Shown: positions 62,601-64,000 of the stretch, piece after piece
How the letters are laid out: each line of letters opens with the position of its first letter
Numbering within the stretch: position 1 is the first letter of the stretch
Source of the DNA: Podarcis bocagei
Lineage: Eukaryota
Reading direction: 5' to 3' (one strand)
DNA: 64,000 nucleotides
NCBI GenBank assembly: GCA_964188305.1
Contig: OZ076885.1
The notes under the pieces: model-generated
Told to the model about the DNA's origin: nothing
Seen by the model: the letters and a program-made list of their open reading frames with translations, nothing else
The model's database searches: none
Translations under genes and position numbers: made by a program

Positions 62601-63037
62601 TGAATCCTGTTTCAGTGACACTGAAGAGGAAGGTGTGAATGATAAGCCGCCAGCAGGTGTCAGTTCGGATTTCAGATATAACTGAGTTGCATGCAGCTCA
62701 CTGACTGTGGAAGAGTAGGCTGGTGTTTTCAGGGCGTGTACAGACAACGGTTCTGTTGACGGTGTGGAGAAACCCATGTTGCCGGAGGACATGTTGCTTC
62801 CTCTGATCTGGGTCACAGAAAATGAGGACCGTGCTGACTCTGAAGGGCTGGAAATTTCTGCATAAAAAGTGGAACTTTCTGATGAGTCAGCTGATGTGCT
62901 GCTTTTTGGAATAGACAGTAACGTCCTTTCTCCGCCCCTTGTGAAAGTGGTTGAAATGTACGTGCTGTCAGTATGAGAAACAGAGATTATTTTTCCAGTG
63001 TCAGTGCTACTCATTGGCTGGTAGTCTGTTCCAGTGT
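43108..63037 (-). CDS. HEG1: Heart of glass 1, 3' part: exons 63037-61634, 60580-60464, 60357-60238, 59505-59426, 58733-58675, 57643-57483, 55592-55458, 49771-49729, 49579-49542, 48681-48594, 47034-46860, 43257-43108. The 5' exons lie beyond the window.
   Basis: YISTTFTRGGERTLLSI in the Ser/Thr exon, two EGF exons, TM YQLITIVIAAAGGGLLLI, tail KNKNDISKLIFKSGDFQMSPYAEYPKNPR...YTGLPGSRHSCIYPGQYNPSFVSDDSRRRDYF*. All GT-AG and frame continuous. Confidence 0.96.
44008..46179. mobile_element. Non-autonomous hAT element (2172 bp) with captured CpG-island cargo and a nested solo LTR
   Basis: Same TIRs and subterminal sequence as 35881-36365, with perfect 8-bp TSD ATGTAGGA (44000-44007 / 46180-46187). 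Confidence 0.93.
45022..45763 (-). mobile_element. Solo LTR (742 bp)
   Basis: TGTCAG...CTGACA ends, perfect 5-bp TSD GCTTC, AATAAA on the minus strand near 45090. Confidence 0.85.
46472..46749 (+). mobile_element. Possible solo LTR containing a CTCF-like motif
   Basis: TGTT...AACA ends and internal AATAAA, but no clear TSD. Confidence 0.4.
46860..47034 (-). CDS. HEG1: HEG1 penultimate exon, cytoplasmic tail
   Basis: KNKNDISKLIFKSGDFQMSPYAEYPKNPRAQDWGRETIEMQENGSTKNLLQMTDVYYM, 175 nt, phase 2-0. Confidence 0.95.
47130..47310 (+). mobile_element. Degraded Squam3/MIR-like SINE
   Basis: GAGAGCCAGTGTGGCATAGTGGTT head and CCTTGGGCCAGT core. Confidence 0.6.
47427..47668 (+). mobile_element. Tc1/mariner MITE (about 242-bp family)
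   Basis: TIRs and TA TSD. Confidence 0.9.
47761..48047 (+). mobile_element. Bipartite (internally deleted) BovB-derived retroposon
   Basis: BovB 5'-UTR-like sequence (GGATCACTGCCTTG...GGAGAAGGAACTGGCAAACCACTCCAGTAT) joined to the BovB 3' end with (AAC) tail. TSD CACAGTTGACCC/CACTGTTGACCC. Confidence 0.75.
48594..48681 (-). CDS. HEG1: HEG1 transmembrane exon
   Basis: YQLITIVIAAAGGGLLLIMAIALIVTCCQ, 88 nt, phase 1-2. Confidence 0.94.
49542..49579 (-). CDS. HEG1: HEG1 exon
   Basis: CPFGLGGFNCGNP, 38 nt, phase 2-1. Confidence 0.92.
49729..49771 (-). CDS. HEG1: HEG1 exon
   Basis: ACEDGYKLVNDTCVS, 43 nt, phase 1-2. Confidence 0.9.
50666..51513. mobile_element. Non-autonomous hAT element hosting a Tc1 MITE
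   Basis: Imperfect TIR (ATGGGCTGGGCGGTAT / ATATTGCCCAGGCCTA) with perfect 8-bp TSD GAGGAGGC. Confidence 0.78.
51193..51434 (+). mobile_element. Tc1/mariner MITE nested in a hAT element
   Basis: TIRs and TA TSD. Confidence 0.92.
52095..52312 (+). mobile_element. Degraded Squam2-like SINE
   Basis: tRNA-like head and TATAAAGCAGCTTTCTATGTT tail. Confidence 0.55.
53456..53494. repeat. (CCAG)n microsatellite
   Basis: Read directly. Confidence 0.95.
55458..55592 (-). CDS. HEG1: HEG1 EGF-like exon
   Basis: GGLCKHKDPECDKETSVCVDLDGIAVCKCQAGYFKYNKLDHSCR, 135 nt. Confidence 0.93.
55919..56159 (+). mobile_element. Tc1/mariner MITE (about 242-bp family)
   Basis: TIRs and TA TSD. Confidence 0.9.
56552..56792 (+). 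mobile_element. Tc1/mariner MITE, related subfamily
   Basis: TA|CAGTGGTACCTTGGTTTA...TAAACCGAGGTACTACTG|TA. Confidence 0.85.
57483..57643 (-). CDS. HEG1: HEG1 exon
   Basis: QLGIMQVSVLSTFSLVSNVTLFEVASTVRSHIRACKAPTQTCQFISKLTLLHR, 161 nt, phase 2-1. Confidence 0.9.
58553..58602. repeat. (TTA)n microsatellite
   Basis: Read directly. Confidence 0.95.
58675..58733 (-). CDS. HEG1: HEG1 exon
   Basis: LNNSLSTLPGYYTSTVKASR, 59 nt, phase 0-2. Confidence 0.9.
58990..59023. repeat. (GT)n microsatellite
   Basis: Read directly. Confidence 0.95.
59426..59505 (-). CDS. HEG1: HEG1 exon (SEA-like region)
   Basis: VRTFVGQFNTTGGQYSEFQVEEAIMNM, 80 nt, phase 1-0. Confidence 0.88.
59548..59611. repeat. Compound (CT)n/(AC)n microsatellite
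   Basis: Read directly. Confidence 0.93.
60238..60357 (-). CDS. HEG1: HEG1 calcium-binding EGF exon
   Basis: DVDECLSNPCPALATCTNTQGSFHCMCSLGYQMEKGKCNL, 120 nt. Confidence 0.95.
60464..60580 (-). CDS. HEG1: HEG1 EGF-like exon
   Basis: ANVCTAETCLNNGKCIV...CQCSPGWQGEDCST, 117 nt. Confidence 0.93.
61634..63037 (-). CDS. HEG1: HEG1 large Ser/Thr/Pro-rich exon
   Basis: 1404 nt, phase 1-1, mostly within ORF 61383..63014. Acceptor ttttag at 63038, donor GTAAGC at 61633. Confidence 0.93.
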
Positions 63038-64000
63038 CTAAAATACAAGCAAAAATTATTATTAATTCTTAGCATGAAATTTCTACTGATACAGATTGGG
63101 GGCCCCAATAGCAGTAATAGTTTCAGATTCCATATGTAATAAAATTAAAACAAAAAATATCCATAAAAGTTTCATTTTTTTAAAAAAAGCCTCAAGGTGG
63201 CAATTATTGGTAACTTCTGTTATCATTTTATATGAATTCATGGGCATGGGAGGTCTGATGGCTTACGTTACAACTGTACACAGAGAGAAAAAATCCTAGA
63301 CAATAATCATGGTAGGAAGGAATATTAACAACAATTAACTAAGACAGCAATAGGCTATATACTCTTCTTGCCAATATCTTCTTGTTCTTACTGAGAAAAA
63401 GTGACTATTGAAGTAACTCACAATATTGGACTGAGCTTCTGCATAAAATGAGTTGTAAATACGTCATTTTATGTTGCCAGCCGATAAGAGATGGTGAGTA
63501 AATATCATTAAACCAAATGGGATTTACTTATGACTGGACATGCATAGGATTAGGTGTTAAGACTGCAATGCTATACATGCCTATTCAGAGGTAAACCCCA
63601 CTGGGGGTTACACTCAAGGAAGTGTCCACAGGATTTCAGTCCAAAACTAACCCTAACCTTTTACATTTATTGCTTCATTTCGCTTTTCTCTTACATACTT
63701 TCTAAAAAGTGCCAAGGATAGCTTATGACAATAATCAATAACTCAAAACAAATTCCTTAAGTACAATTCACAGTATTAAATCCAAACTTTTTTTCCTTAA
63801 ATCTCCTAACTAATATCAACAATTACTTCATCCTAACCTCCTTAAGATTTGGAGAAATGTTTTACAATGCTTGAGCTATGGCTCTAAGATTGGCAAGCTT
63901 TTCTGGGAAATAAATTCCAGAGAATTCTTTCAGCTCTTCTAGTCCAGAATGCTCCCAGCTGGGGACCTGATGAACTCACAAATCTGTCTGTTCTCTGACG

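Noticed and set aside
61594-62638. Plus-strand ORFs
   Set aside because: Antisense shadows of the HEG1 Ser/Thr exon.

Overview
Vertebrate genomic DNA, almost certainly from a squamate and probably a lacertid lizard, judged by Sauria/Squam1, Squam2 and Squam3 SINEs plus BovB, CR1, L2 and Penelope elements. It holds the conserved minus-strand block HEG1 -> MUC13 -> ITGB5. Present are the last 12 coding exons of HEG1 (63037-43108), a near-complete MUC13 (11 confident exons 34149-18839, 529 codons, plus a probable terminal exon near 17728) and the CpG-island first exon of a gene that fits ITGB5 (9030-8943). The exon chains were reconstructed by hand, with GT-AG junctions and continuous reading frames. 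Introns and intergenic DNA are dense with Tc1/mariner and hAT MITEs, solo LTRs and LINE/SINE fragments, often nested. The most unusual feature is a pair of 'Pack-type' hAT elements with identical termini but different CpG-rich cargo. The larger one sits in the last HEG1 intron. It carries a promoter-like region, a strong-Kozak ATG exon and a phase-0 splice donor, in frame with the terminal HEG1 exon that encodes the KRIT1-binding tail. Other observations: a Penelope-type minimal hammerhead core inside a MUC13 intron, an intestinal HNF4/CDX/CRE motif cluster upstream of MUC13, exon-by-exon paralogy of MUC13 and HEG1, and a bipartite BovB-derived short retroposon. Gene and repeat family names come from recall of known sequences, not from database searches.
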